64,000 nt of DNA, from the NCBI RefSeq assembly GCF_009914755.1, contig NC_060943.1. One strand, given 5' to 3'. Both the position numbers and the translations under genes were made by a program. The notes below the pieces were generated by a model. That model was not told where the DNA came from. It worked only from the letters and a program-made list of their open reading frames with translations, and did not search any database. The stretch comes from the human T2T-CHM13v2.0 reference genome, Homo sapiens. Positions 38,701 through 53,049 of this stretch are shown piece by piece (the first letter of the stretch is position 1; each line of letters begins with the position of its first letter).

Positions 38701-41700
38701 CAGGGAATATTGTGACTCATCACTGGGCCCAGCATTGAGTTGATGTGACTCTTCTATTCTTTTTAGGTTCTGCCTGCAGGAGAGATTGTGATGTGTCTCT
38801 GGACTCAATAGTAAGGTGATGCTACACTTTTGCCTTGGTCCTGACCTCAGAAAGCTTTGTGACATATTACTGGGCTCAGCAACAACATGATATGAGTCTC
38901 TTGCTTGGACCCTGCCCACAGGGGGCATTGTGGCATATCTCTAAGTTCATGAACTATTTGATGTGACTCTTCTTGCTTATGTGGGCTTTACAATTAGAAG
39001 AGATTGTGACATGTCTCTGATTCCAGCACCTAGGTGTTGTGACTCTCCTCGTTTGCCTGTGCTATGCTCACTGGATGTAAAGTAAATGATCACTAGGCAC
39101 GACACACAGGCAATGTGATTCTACTGCCTGGTCATTGCCCACAGGGGTCACTGCAACATATCTCTGGGCCCATTACCTAGATGGTGTAATTCTCCTTATT
39201 TTTCTGCTTCTGTCCCCAGTAGGGATTGTGACATATTCCTTCACCCAACATTTATGTTATGTGATTCTCCTCTCATGTCTGGACTCTGACCACTTGTAAT
39301 TTTGACATAAGGCTGGGCTCATCTGTCTAGGTTATGTGACAGGTTATGTGACTCTCTTCTTTTTTCCTAAGCCCTACCTACAGGGAGCTTTGGTACATAG
39401 CTCTGGGCCCCTCACCGAAATGATGTAATCCTCATTCTTGGGCCCTTCACTCAGTAGGTATTGTGATATATTGATGGACTCAGCACCTAGGTGAGGTAAC
39501 TCTCTTCTACTTCTTGGGCTCTGACCAAGGAGGTATTGTGATGTATCGCTGAGCCCAGCACATAGGTAATGTTACTCTTTTTGTTTATCACTTGGATGAT
39601 GTGACACATTTTATTTTTCTGCCTGGGCCCTGCTAAAAAGGGGGATTACAACATATCATTTGGCTCAGCACCTATGTGATGTGACTCCTTTCTTCTAGGC
39701 CCCACATATTTGGTGTATTGTGAAATAACGCTGGGTCCCACACCTAGAAAATAAGAGGCTCCTGCCTGGGCCCTGCCCACAGGGGGCCTTGTGACATATA
39801 TCCACATACACTACGTAGGAAATGTGACTCTTCTTTTCTGCCTGGACCCTCCTAACAGAAAAGATTATGACGTATCACTGGACCCTGCAAGAAGGTGGTG
39901 AGTCTCTTTTGACTGGGTCTTGAATACATAGATCACTGTGACATATTGCTGAGCCCTTAGAGAAGACTGTGACATACATCTGGCCCCAAACCCAGGTAAT
40001 GTTACTCTCCTGCTTACTCCTGATCTGGAGGAGTGATTGTCACATATATCTTGGCCCAGCTCACTGGTGTGATGATGACTGTCATACCTTCAACTTGCCA
40101 ATGAGAGAGATACTGTCTCTTATAGCTAAGCTTAAGGAAAAAGATAAGATCCTGGGTGTCCTTTTTGTACAAAAGTCACAGAGGTTTACCACTCTCTAAA
40201 GTCCTCTAGTGGTACAGAGAGTGTCACCACAGGTCCAAGGACACAGGAGATATTGTATTTCTGGTATACACACCCTGCCAATCCTTAAGATAGTCATCCT
40301 CACACATGGACACAACCCACTGGTGAGATCCTGAATCTCATACGTAGACACAGTCTACAGATGGAATTGTGTCAGTCATATGTGAACATCTGGACACATA
40401 TGGGATAGTGACCCATCTCTAAATCCAGCTCATAGGCAGATGAGTACTCTTCTATTTAGACACAGCCAATTGGGGAGGTGTTGACTCTCATACCTGAGCT
40501 TAGAATGACAGGTACAATCATGGGCCCATATCAGCATGAAGGTCTTAATGCAGATTGCAACTCACATGCATATCATATTGTATTACTTCATTTTCACACT
40601 GCTATAAAGAACTGCCCAAGACCAGGTAATTTATGTAGAAAAGAGGTTTAATTAACTCACAGTTCCACATGGCTGGGGAGGCCTCAGAAAACTTACATTT
40701 ATGGCAGAAGAGGAAGCAGGGACCTTCTTCAACAGGTGGCAGCAGGGAGAAAGTGAATGAAGAAGGAACTTCCAACATTTATAAAACCATCAGATCTCCT
40801 GAGAACTCACTCACTATCACGAAAACAGCATGGAGGAAACTGCCCCATGATCCAGTTACCTTCCTGCTTTGACACGTGGAGATTACAATTGTAGATGAGA
40901 TTTGGGTGAGGACATAGAGCCAAACCATGTATCTCATAAATTCTTTGGGTGGTACAGAGAGTGTACTAATAGCCTAGCTGAAAGGTAAGATTGTGACAGT
41001 AGTAAGCAGACACAGTCAAGAGTAAAGATTGTTGTCCTCTCACATGAGCATGGCCCACTGTTGAGGATTTGAATCTTATATCTAGAGGCAGTCAAAAGTT
41101 GCAATGTTGACTCTCATTCATGAATTCGTTATGCATGGATTTTGTGACCCTTAAACCATAATTTAGCACACGTGTCAGGCTGTGACTTTTCTAAGGGGAC
41201 ACAATGCCCAGAAAACATTGAGAAGCTGCTGCACAGATCCAGTTCACAGTTGAGGTTGTGACTTGTCTACTTTACCCATCATACAAGACATGTGGACTCT
41301 CATACCTAGAACCAGAACATGTGAGGGATTGGTAATTTCATCCCTGTATTTTTTGAAGGTCTGATTGTGACATACACCTCTGCCAAACACCTGATTTGAC
41401 TCTCCTGCCTGGCTTGGTTCACGGGTAGAATTGTGATATATTGCTGGACCCAGCACCCAGGTGAGATGACTCTATTCTCAAGCCTTGGTGCCTCTTACAG
41501 GAGGCACTGTGACATATCGCTGGGATTTGCAGTCAGGTAATGTAAATTTTCTCTCCTACCTTGGTGCTGCCAATAAGGGGCATTGTGTCATATTGCTCAT
41601 TTTAACACCCAGGTGATGTGACTCTTCTGCCTGGGTCCAGCCTAAAGGGGGGATTGTGACATCTCTCTGCACTCATCACCCAGGTAATGTACTCTCATCT

Positions 41701-42760
41701 CTTGCCTGGTTTCTGTTCACAGGAGGGAAGGTGACATATCTCTGAGCTCAGCACCTAGCTAATGTGACACTTCTCTTCTTCCTAGGTTCTGCCCACAAGG
41801 GAGATTGTTACATATATGCTGGGCCCAGCTTTAAGATGTTACTCATTAGCCTTGTCCCTGCCTTCAGAAGGCATTGTGACCTATTGTGGGACCCAGGACC
41901 AAGGTGATGTCACTTTCTTGCCTTGACTCTGTCAAGAGGAAACATCGTGACGTATCTCTGGGTCCATAAAATATTTGATGTATCTTTCTGTTCTTACCAG
42001 GGTTTTGCTTATAGAAAAGCTTGTTGCATATCTCTGTGCCCAGCATCTCAGTGATGTGACTCCCTCTCCTGCCTGGGCCATGTCCACAGATGAAAAACTG
42101 GCTTATCCCTGGGGCCCAGCACACAGGCAATCTGATTTATTTCTCCTACTCTCTTTCTGCAGGGGGCATTGTGAAGTATCTCTTAGCCCATCAACTATTT
42201 GATGTAAATCTCTTCTATTACCTGGGGCTTTGCCCATAGGGGAGGTTGTAACATATCTCATGGCCCAGAATGTAGGAGATGACACTCTGCTCTGATTGTT
42301 AATATTGCTTTGCTCACCACTTACTTGATATGACTCTCCTCTCATGCATTGTCCCTGCCCCTTCGGGTGATTGTGACATATAGCTGGCTGTAGCCCCTAG
42401 GTTATGTAACTTTCCTCTTCTTCCTGAGCCCTACCCACAGAAGGCATTGTGCTGTATCTCTGGGGCTCTCACCTAGGTGATGTGGCTCTCCTGCTTTGGT
42501 CTTCCTCTCAGAAAGTATTGCGATGTATTGCTGGACCTAGAACCTAGATGATGTGGCTCTCCTCTACTGTTTGGTCTCTGACCAAAAAGAGATTGTGATG
42601 TATCACTAGGCCAGCATCTAAGTGTTGTGGCTCTCTGCTCTCTCCTAGGCACTGCATACATTGCGTATGGTGACACATGGCTGGATCCAAAACCAAAATA
42701 ATGCAACTCTTTTGCATTGGCAACGTCCACAGGTGTATTACCACATATCTTTTCCTTTAG
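35720..42760. repeat. Complex, diverged beta-satellite (BSR/Beta)
   Basis: ~70-bp units gtgatgtgactctcct...gcctgggccctgcccaca...attgtgacatatc.ctgggcccagcacctag, alternating with gtgactctcata-type blocks. Confidence 0.9.
40579..40934 (-). mobile_element. MaLR solo LTR (THE1D/MSTA-like) inside the satellite
   Basis: tgtattacttcattttcacactgctataaag...gagatttgggtgaggacatagagccaaaccat. Confidence 0.9.
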
Positions 42761-42840
42761 CTCTGAAATTGAGCTCTGAAATAATATGGATTTTTTATCT
42801 TTGTGCCCATCTCTCCTGTTGAGTTTAAACTTTAATCCAG

Positions 42841-43155
<315 letters not shown>

Positions 43156-43209
43156 AACTGTAATCCAAAGCCATGAAAATAGTCACAATTACTGTCACAA
43201 AGTGATAAC

Positions 43210-46200
43210 TTTTTTCTCCTCCTCCTTCTTTTCTCTTCCTCCTTTGCATCTCCTCCTTTCCTTTTCCTCTCTTCCTCCTCCTCTCATCCTTCTCCTCCTC
43301 TCCTCCTCATCTCTTCTTCCTCCACTCTTCATGTTCTCCTCCTCTTCTTTTTCTCCTTTCTCCCCTCCTTTTCTTCCTCTCCTCCTCTTCCACTTCTCCT
43401 CTTTCTTCCTCCTCCTCTCCTTTTCTTCCTCTCATATTTCTCCCCTCCTCCTCTTCCACCTCCTACTCTCCTTCACTTCTCTTCGTTTCATCCTCCTCTC
43501 TTCCTCCTCCTCTTTCTCCTCTCCTTCTCTCCTCCTCACTTTTTCCTCCTCTTCCTCTTCTCTTTCTCCTCCTCCTCTCCTCCTTCTCCTCATGTCCTCC
43601 TTCTCCTCCTCCTCTCCTCCTTTTCCTCCTCTCCTCCTTCTCCTCCTCCTCTCCTCCTCCTCCTCTCCTCCTTCTCCTCCTTCTCTCTTCTCCTCTCCTC
43701 CTCCTCTCCTCATCTCTTCCTCTCCATTTTCTCTTCCTTCCCCTCTCCTCCTCCTCTGCCTTCTCCTCTTCTTCTCCTTTCCTCTTATTTTTCTCCTCCT
43801 CATCCTCTCATTCTCCTCCTCCTCCACTACTTTTCTCCTATTTCTCCTCTCCTCCACTGCTCTTCCTCTCCATTTCCTCCTCCTCTCCTTCTTTTTCTTC
43901 TCTCCTCCTGCTCCTCTTTCTACTTTTCTCCTCCTCCTTCTCCTCTCCTCCTGCTACTCCTCTTCTCCTTTTCTCCTTCTCCTTCTCCTCTCCTCCTCCT
44001 ACTTCTCCTTCTCCTGTCCTATTCCTCCTCTCCTCCTCCTTCCCCAAAACTCTCCTCCTCCTTCTCCACTCCTCCTCCTAGTACTCATCTTTTACTCCCC
44101 ATCCTCTCCTCCTTATCTCCTCCTCCTCTCCTCTCCTTATTTTTCTCCTCCTCCTTCTCCTGTCCTCTTCCTTCTTCTCTCCTCTTTCCCCTCTTTTTAC
44201 TTCTCCTCTCCTCATTCTTTTCTCCTCCTCCTTCTCTTCTCCTCTTCCTTCTCTTCTCCTCGTCCTTCTTCTTCCTCTTCCTCTCCCCTTCCTCCTCCAC
44301 AACTCCTTCTTCTTTTTCTCTTTTCCTCCTCCTTCTACTCCTTCTACTCTCCTTCTCCTCTCTTCCTCCTCCTCCTCTCCTTTTCCTCCTCTCCTTCTCC
44401 TCCTCCTCCTCTTCCACTGCTCCTCCTTCTCTTCTCCTTCCCCTCTCCTCCTCTTTCTCCTTTCCTTCTGTTCTTTTAATCTCCTCCTCCTCTCCTCCTC
44501 CTTCTCCTCTCCTCTTTATTCTACGCTCCCCCTCCTTCACCTCTTGTCTTCCTCCTTCTCATCTTTTACTCCTCTTTCTCTTCTACTTCTTCTCCTCTCC
44601 TCCTCTCCTTTCCTTTTCTTTCTCCTGCTCCTTCTCCTCTCCTCCTCTTCTTCTCTCCTCTTTCTCCTTTTTTCCTCCTTTCCTTCTCCTCTCCTCCTTC
44701 GCCTCTTCTCCTTCTCCTACTCATCTTTTACTCCTTCCTCTTCTTCTTTTCCTCTCCTCCGTTCCTTTTCTTTCTCCCTTTCCTCCTTCTCCTCTCCTCC
44801 TCTTCTTCTCTCATCTTTCTCCTTCTTTTTTCTCCTATCCCTCTCCTCTCATCCTCTGCCTTCTCTCATCTTTCTCCTTCTTTTTTCTCCTATCCCTCTC
44901 CTCTCATCCTCTGCCTTCTCTCTTCCTCCTCTGCTTTCTCCTCTCTTCCTCCTCCTTCTCTCTTCCTCCTTTTTCTCATCTCCTCTTCCTTCTCCTTTCC
45001 TCCTCCTTCTCTTTCTTCCTCATCTCCTCCTCCTCCCTCCTCCTCACCCTCTCTTCTCCTCCTCTTCCTCCTCTCCTCCTCCTCTCATCTCCTCTTCCTC
45101 CTCCACTCATTCTTTTCTCCTCTCCTCCTTCTCTCCTCCTCTCCTTTTCCTCCTTTTCCTCCTACACCTTCTAGTTTCCTCCTCCTCCTCCATCTCTTCT
45201 CCTCCATCTCTTCTCCTCTTCCCCTTCTCTTCCTCCTCTTCTCTTCCTCCTTTTCCTCCTTTCTTCTCCTCTTCTCCTCCTCCACTCCTACATTTTTTCC
45301 TCCTCTTCTCCTTCTTCTCCTCTTCTCCTCCTCCACTTCTCCTCCTAGTCCTCCCCCTTTTCCTCCTCCCCTCTTCCTCCTCCCCCTTCTCCTTTTCTTA
45401 TTTTTCTCCTCCTACTCCTCTTATTCTTCTCCTCCTCCACTCCTCCTCCTTCTTCTATTTCTCCTCTCCTCCTCCTCTCACCCTCTCAATTTCCTCCTTC
45501 TCCTTCTCTCCTCCTCCTTTTCTCTTTTGTTTTCTTCTCTCCTCCCCCTTCTCCTCTCCTTCTCCTCCTTCTCCTCCTTCTTTTCCTCTTCTTTTTATCT
45601 CCTCCTCCTCTCCTCCTCTCCTCCTCCTTCTCCTCTCCTCTTCTCCTCCTTTCTTCCTCATTCTCCTCTCCTCCTCCCCTTAACCTCTCCTCCTCCTACC
45701 CCTCTCCTCCTACTATTACTCATCTTTTACTCATCCTCCTCTCCTCCTTCTTTTCCTCTCCTTCTTTTTTTATTTTCCTTCCTCCTCCTCCTTCTCCTCT
45801 CCTCCTTTTACTCCTCTCCTTCTCTCATCCTCCTCCCCATCTCCTCCTTCTCCTCCTCTCCTTCTCTTTTTCCTCTTTTCCTCTTCTCCTCTTCATTCTG
45901 CTCTCCTCCTTTTCCTCCTAAACATCTTCTCATCCTCCTATTCATATTTTACTCCTCTTCCTCTCCTCCTTCTTCTCCTCCTCTCCTTATTGTCCTCCTC
46001 CTCCTTTTATCCTCTTCCTTCTTCTCTCCTCTTCCTTTTACTTCTCCTCTCCTCCTCCTCCTTCTCCTCTTCTCCTCCTTTTATTCCTCTCCTCCTCCTC
46101 TTTTCCTCCTCCTCCTTTTCTTCTTTTTCTACTCTCCTTGTCTCCTCTTTCTCATCCACTCCTCCTTCTCCTTCTCTCCTTTTCTGCTTCTGCTTCTACT

Positions 46201-49200
46201 CTCCTCCTTTTCTCCTTTTTTCTTTCTCCTCCTTCTGTCCTCCTCCTTCTCCTCTCCTCCTCTTCTCCTCCTCTCCTCCTTTTTCTCCTCTTTTCCTCCT
46301 CCTTCTCCTCTACTTCTCCTTTCTTCATTCTCCTCTTCTCCTCATTCTCCTCTTCTTGTCCTCTGCCACTTCTTCCACTCCTACTGATCTTTTACTCCTC
46401 CTCCTCTCCTCCATCTTCTCCTCTCCTCCTTTCCTTTTTTCTCCTCCTCCTTCTCTTCTTTTCTTCTCTCCTCTTCCTCCTCCTTTTATTCTCTTCTCCT
46501 TTTCCTCTCCTCCTCTTCCTTCTTCTCCTCTTTCTTCTTTCCCTCTTTTCCTCCTCCTTCTCCTTTCCTCCTCCTTCTCCTTTCCTCCTCCTCCTTCTCC
46601 TTTCCTCCTCCTTCTTCTCCTCTTGTCTTCCTTCTTCCTCTTCCTCTCCTCCTCCCTCTCTCTTCTCCTCCTCCTCCTCTTTTCTTTCTCCTTGTCTCCT
46701 CCTCTCCTCTTCCTCCTTCATTCCTTTTTCTCCTCTCCTTCTACTCCTTCTACTCTTTTCCTCCTCCTCTTTCTTCTCTTTTCCTCCTTCCCCTCTCTTC
46801 CTCTTCTCCTCCTCCTATCCTCCTTCTCCTCCTCCTTCACTCCTACTCGTGTTCCTCTCTTCCTCCTTTCCTCCTCCTCCTTCTTGTTCTCTCCTTCTCC
46901 TTTTTCTCTCCTCTTCCTCCTCCTCCTCTCCTCTTTCTCTCCTTCTCTTCTCCTTTTTCATTCCTCTTTCTTTCTACTCCTCTCTTCTTCTCTCTCTTCT
47001 CCTCCTCCATCTCCTCTCCCCCTCCTTTTCCTCCATTTCCTCTTCCTTCCCCACTCCTCCTCCTTCTCCTCTTCTTTTCCTCTTCCTTCTACTCCTTCTT
47101 CTACTCTCCTCCTCCTCTGCCTCTCCTCCTTCTCTTCTCCTCTCCTCCTCCTTCTTCACTCCTCCTTCTCCTCTCTTCCTCTTTTTCTTCCTTCTCTCTT
47201 TTTTCGTACTTCTCCTCTCCTCCTCCTTCTTAACTCCTCCTTCTCCTCTCTTCTTTTTCTTCCTTCTCTTTTTTGTACTTCTTCTGCATTCCCCCTCCTC
47301 TCCTTTTTCTCCTCCTCACCTACTTTTTCTGCTCTCCTCCTTCTACTCCTTCTTCTCCTCTTCTCCTCCACTTCTTCTTTTACTCCTTCTCTTTTTCCTC
47401 CTGCACCTTGTCCTCTCCTCCTCCCCTCCTTTTCCTTCTTTTTCCCTCCTTTTTCTCTCCTCCTCCTTTTCCATTTCTCCTCTCCCATCCTCCTCCTCCA
47501 CTTCTCCTCTTGTCCTTCTCTTCTCCTTCTTCTCCTCTTTTCCTCTTCCTCCTTCTCCTCTCCTCTTCCACTTCGTTTTTCTCCTCTCCTGCTCCTCTTC
47601 ATTTTCCCCTCCACCTCCTTTTCTTCTTCTTCTCCTCCTCCTCTCCTCTTGCTCCTTCTCGTTCTTCCCCCCTTTTTCTTTTCCCTTCCTACTCCTCCTC
47701 TCCTTCTCCTTTTTACTCCACTCCACCACCTTTTCTCCTCCTCCTCTATTTTCCATCTCCTCTCTTCCTTTTCCTCTTCTTTTTCTCCTCTTCTTCCTCT
47801 CTCCTTTTTCTGTCTCCTCCTCCTTTCCTCGTCCTCCCCTCCTTTTTCTCTTTTCTTTCTCCTCCTCTCCTTCTCCTCTTCCTCCTCCCTTCTCCCTCCT
47901 CTCCTTTTCCTCTCCTCCTTCTCCTTTCTTCCTCCTTTTCTCCTCCTTTTCCGTCTCCTCTCCTCCTCCTCCTCTTCTCCTCCCCTCCTCTTCTCCACCT
48001 TTTTCTCTCCCTTCTTCTCCTCTCCATCTTCTCTTCCTCTCTTACTTTTCCTTTCTTTCCTCTTTCTTCTTCTGCTGTCCTCCTCCTTCTCCTCCTATAT
48101 TTCTCCTCTCCTCCTGTTCCTCCTCTTCCTCTCCTCCTCCCTTTTTCCCTCTCCTCTTTCTCCTCCTCCTTTTTTCTTCTCTCTTTTGGCTTCTCTCCTC
48201 CTTCTTCCCTCCTTCTCCTCTTCCTCCTCATTTTCCTCTTCTCCTTCTTCTCCTCATCCTCCTCTCCTCCTCCTTTCCTCCTTCCCCTCCTCCTCTTCCT
48301 CCTACTCTCTTCCCCCCTTTCTCCTCTTCTTTTCTTTTTCTCCTACTTTCCTCCTTCTCCTCAATCTTTTCCTCCTTTTTAGCTCCTCTACTTCTCTCTC
48401 TCTTCTCCTCGTCCTCCTTCTCTCTTCCTCCTCTCCTCATACTCCTTTTCCTCTCCTCCTTCTCCTCCTCCTCTACTCCTTTTTCTCTTCATCTCCTCCT
48501 TTTCCTTTTTCTCTCCTCTTCCTCTCCTCATCCTCCTTTTCCTTTTTTCTCTCCTCTTCCTCCCATCCTCTTTTTCCTTCTTCTCTTATCCTCCTTCTCC
48601 TTCTCTTTTTCTCCCCTTCTCTTTCTCCTCCTTCTCTTCTCCTCTCATCCTCATTTCCTCCTCCTCTTTTCCTCCTTCTCTTTTTCTCCTCTTCTCCTCC
48701 TCTAATTCTCCTTTTCTTTCTCCTCTAATCCTCCTCATTCTCCTTTTTTTCTACTCCTCCTTCTCTTCTCCTCCTCCTCTCCTTTTTTCTCCTCATTCTT
48801 TTCATCTCCTCCTTCTCTTTCATCTTCTCTTCCTCCTTCTCCTCCTCCTCTTCCTCCTCCTTTTCTATTCCTTCTCCTCTCCTCCTAAATTTCCTTTTTC
48901 TTTTCTTCCATCCCTTTCTTCCTCCTTTTTTCTTCTCTTCTTCTCCTCTTCATCTCCTACTCCTCCTATTTTTCTCCTCCTCTCCTTTCTTTTTCTCCCC
49001 TCCTCTTTCTTTTCTCCTCCTTCTTCTCTCCTATTTCTCCTTTCCTCCTCCTCTCCTTCACCTCTTCATCTCCTCCTCCTTCTGCTCCCCATTCTCCTTC
49101 TCTCCTCCTTTTTCTCTTCGTCTTCTCCTCCTTCTTCTTGTCCCCCCCTCCTTCTCCATCTCCTCTACTCCTCTTCTCCTCCTCCTCTTCTTCTCCTCCT

Positions 49201-49512
49201 GTCCTCCTCCTTCTCTCCTTCTTTTCCTCCTTTCCTCCTTTTTTCTCCTCCTCTCCTTCTCCTCCTTCTTTTTCCTCATTCTCTTATTCTTCTCCTCCTT
49301 CTCCTTCTCTCTCTTTTTAATCTACTTCCTCCTAGCTTCCCTTTTTTCCTCTCCTCTCCTGGTCCTGTTGTCCTCCTCTCTTTTTTTTTCTCCACTTCCT
49401 CTCTTCTTCCTATCTTCTTCTCCTTTTCTCTTCTAGTTCTTCTCTTTCCTCCTCCTTTTCTTCTCTTCTCCTCCTCCTCTTTCTTCACTCCTCCACTCCT
49501 ACTCCTCCTCTT
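43210..49512 (+). repeat. ~6.3 kb polypyrimidine / polypurine low-complexity tract
   Basis: The + strand is almost only C/T (CTC/CCT/TCT motifs) with sparse A and G. Confidence 0.99.
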
Positions 49513-49662
49513 ACTGAGCCATTAGCCATGCCAAGCAGCATCCAGCACACATAGTGGCAGCCTCTTCAGCGCTGCACTAGAAAGACCTGATGTACATTTA
49601 TATTAGCTTTTGGAGGATAGTATTAATCCAGCCTAACTCAGGCGGCCAAGTATATATATGTA

Positions 49663-49705
<43 letters not shown>

Positions 49706-49955
49706 ATCTATTCTATGAGAAAGAATCTTGCTCTGTCACCTAGGCTGGAGTGCAGTGGCACAAGATTATGAGTCACTGTGTCCTCAAGAGATCCTCTCAC
49801 CTCAGCCTCCCGAGTAGCTGGGACTACAGGTGTGGCCCATCACACCTGACTAATTTTTTTTTCAGTGACCGGGTCTCAACATGTTGCCTAGACTGGTCTG
49901 AAACTTCTGGGCGCAAGCGCTCCCTCTGTCTTGGCCTCCCGGAATACTGGGGTGA
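49663..49955 (-). mobile_element. Decayed AluJ-like element with (TCTA)n tail microsatellite
   Basis: (TCTA)n at ~49663-49705, then tcttgctctgtcacctaggctggagtgcagtgg...ttggcctcccggaatactgggg. Confidence 0.8.
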
Positions 49956-50279
49956 ATTTATTTCTTACAGAACCGCCCTGATTCAGATGGTGCAAGCCTC
50001 GCAGGCCAGAAACATCTTCCTGACGCTGCTCCCCACCTTCTGCCCTCTCTTTCCCAGCATCCTTCCCCTGTGGAAAGAGAAACTTTCCTTCTAAGGTCTT
50101 TCCAGCCCCTCCCTGGCAGGGAAGCCTGGAAACTAGGGCCCCTGCTTTCCCCTGCAGTCGCAAAGCATCTGGGTGCTGGCCAGGAGGTGGCCTCCTGGGG
50201 TGCTCTCACCAGGGTGTTTGGTGGAAGCCCCTGACGCACCCTGCTCTGTGGATTTGATCTTCCTGGGCAGAGGACACTG

Positions 50280-51065
50280 GCTTCGAGGGGGCAGCAGGCA
50301 GCCCTGCGCCCTGGCCCTTTCCTGGCTGGCGGTTTTGGTGTGGCTGACTACCTACCACCTTAGGCGCCCAGGAAAGAAGGGGGCCAGGGCCTGGCCATGG
50401 GGGCGCCTATCGGTCCTTGCCCTTCCGTTGGCTAAGTGCGTGTTTTACAGAGATCCGTCGGTGTGGATTGCACCTTCCTTGTTTTACAGGGATCCGTCGA
50501 TGTGGAGTGCACCTTCCTTGCAGTCGGGGGCTCGGTGCCGGGTGCCGTCGTTAGTCCAGGAAGAAGGCGGGGAGCTTCTCCCGCTCGAACAATTTGCAGC
50601 TAGTTCCGGGGCTTCCCTTCCTCCTCCCACACCGGCCCGCATCCTAGTGTTGCTTTCTCTGCCCCCAGCACCAGCCTCTTCTTGGGCTCCCTCCTCCCCT
50701 TCCCACTCGCGTCTCTTAGGAAACTGCGACCCTAGTGTTTGCTAAGGAGCAGGGGAGGTCCTTCCCGTCGCCGACGCCCCCCGCCCGGGAAGCGGCGCGT
50801 TTTCTGGGCCGAGGGCGCATCGAGGATGTGACCCATTCCCTGGCCAAGGGTGTGGGTGGGGAACGGCAACCGATCTCACTGCCTGGCGGGGCAGCTTCCT
50901 TTCCAGGCAAGGCGGAGACCTGCAGGGCGTGGAGACCCCGCCCGGCGCAGAACGCGCTGGCCAGTGGGCAGCTTGACAGGGTCCCCGTGTGCCTAGCGAC
51001 CCTCTTCAGCGCTGCATCCATGAGAGGTTATAAATGAGGCGGAAAGAATTTTTCCCTGCTCAGCG
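50280..51065. promoter_or_regulatory. CpG island / candidate promoter
   Basis: Non-repeat GC-rich stretch with retained CpGs (gccgacgcccccgcccgggaagcggcgcg; ccccgccc GC box at ~50936); flanks are CpG-poor. Confidence 0.7.
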
Positions 51066-51866
51066 GATTTGTCCTTTTTCTCTCCTGACTGGATAGGAGA
51101 TAGAACACAGATACAGCCCAGATCCGGGGCAGCAGTTCACACTCCATTACAAAACTCTACACAGCTTCCGAGCTAGCAGCAGCACACATTCAGGGAACAT
51201 TGGAGGGATTTTCTTCTTCTTTTGTGGGTGGTAATGTTGGTGGTTGTGGAGAGAGATAGAAGAGTGAATAAGAAAAGTATAACGATTTGGTAGGCTGAAA
51301 AACCTGTCTGGGATTTTCATTAATAGAAAATTGAACTCTTGTCCTTGTTTAAGAGTTCAGATTTAAGCTTAGCCCTTTCAAAGTCAATGGAAACAAAGTT
51401 TGCCTTTTAGATAGGAATGCTGAAAATAATGAGACACTTCTGTCTGGAGGAAACAAAATGATTTCTGCAAAGGCAGAGTCGCCAGTCCATCCCCATATAT
51501 TTGAGGGTTTTTTCCTTTTTTAGATATGTGTGGTCTCTGCACCTATGCACAATGTTACTGAAGTATATTTAATAGAAGTGGAAAGTGAGGGAAAGGGAAT
51601 TGCAAATAGAAGAATGTGATTTTGTTTTCATTTTTTTCATACCTGTGAAAAGCATTCTCTAGATTTGATGCTTTTTCAAGTAGGCAGTATAGTTTCTAAA
51701 CCCTATTTTAATCAGGGAGTCTGTTAGAGACCACAATCTTGGCTAAAACCTCTTTGGAAACACACACACACACAAATGCTTAATTCTGTGCTACCTTCAA
51801 GAGTTGGCAGAATTTTTGCAGGAATGAGTATGAGTTCCTTCTAAAGGATCTTGTGCTCCATTTTAG

Positions 51867-52313
<447 letters not shown>

Positions 52314-52765
52314 TAAAGGGTTTGCTGGATGTGCGAGACTTTTAAGAAGTGCTACTGATGCTTATGGATATATGGAATATCATTCTCTGGGGTTTTCTAT
52401 ATACCACTTTATTTCTCATCAGAAATTCAGACTCAAAGCCCTTAGCGTGCCAGACACGAGTTTGTTATGTGATGGTTAACACGCATTTCACTGAGCTGGT
52501 ACAGGTGATACATTCATACCTAACTTGTTACACCATCTAAGTGACCGTTTGATGAAAGGGTCTTTTATTTTAAGTTTATTCAGGCAGACTTTTGAGGTCT
52601 TATTTGCATCTGGCAAAGGTACAGCATGTTGAAGGAGAAAAAATAAACCTTACCTTATTATTCCTGCATTAGATCAATAGCTGTTTATTGGCCACCTGGT
52701 CTGTGCCAGGCACTGTACAACATGGGTGACCTAGTAATAAATGGATGGTAATAAATGTAGTTGCC

Positions 52766-53048
<283 letters not shown>

Positions 53049-53049
53049 T

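Noticed and set aside
43202-49488. Long ORFs (up to 912 aa) rich in S/L/P/F or E/R/K/G
   Set aside because: Compositional artefact: the C/T-only strand lacks the A needed for stop codons, so several frames are open at once; no domain or exon structure.
50173-51037. 190-aa and ~100-aa ORFs in the CpG island
   Set aside because: Expected in GC-rich DNA; non-ATG starts for the + strand ORFs and no recognisable homology.
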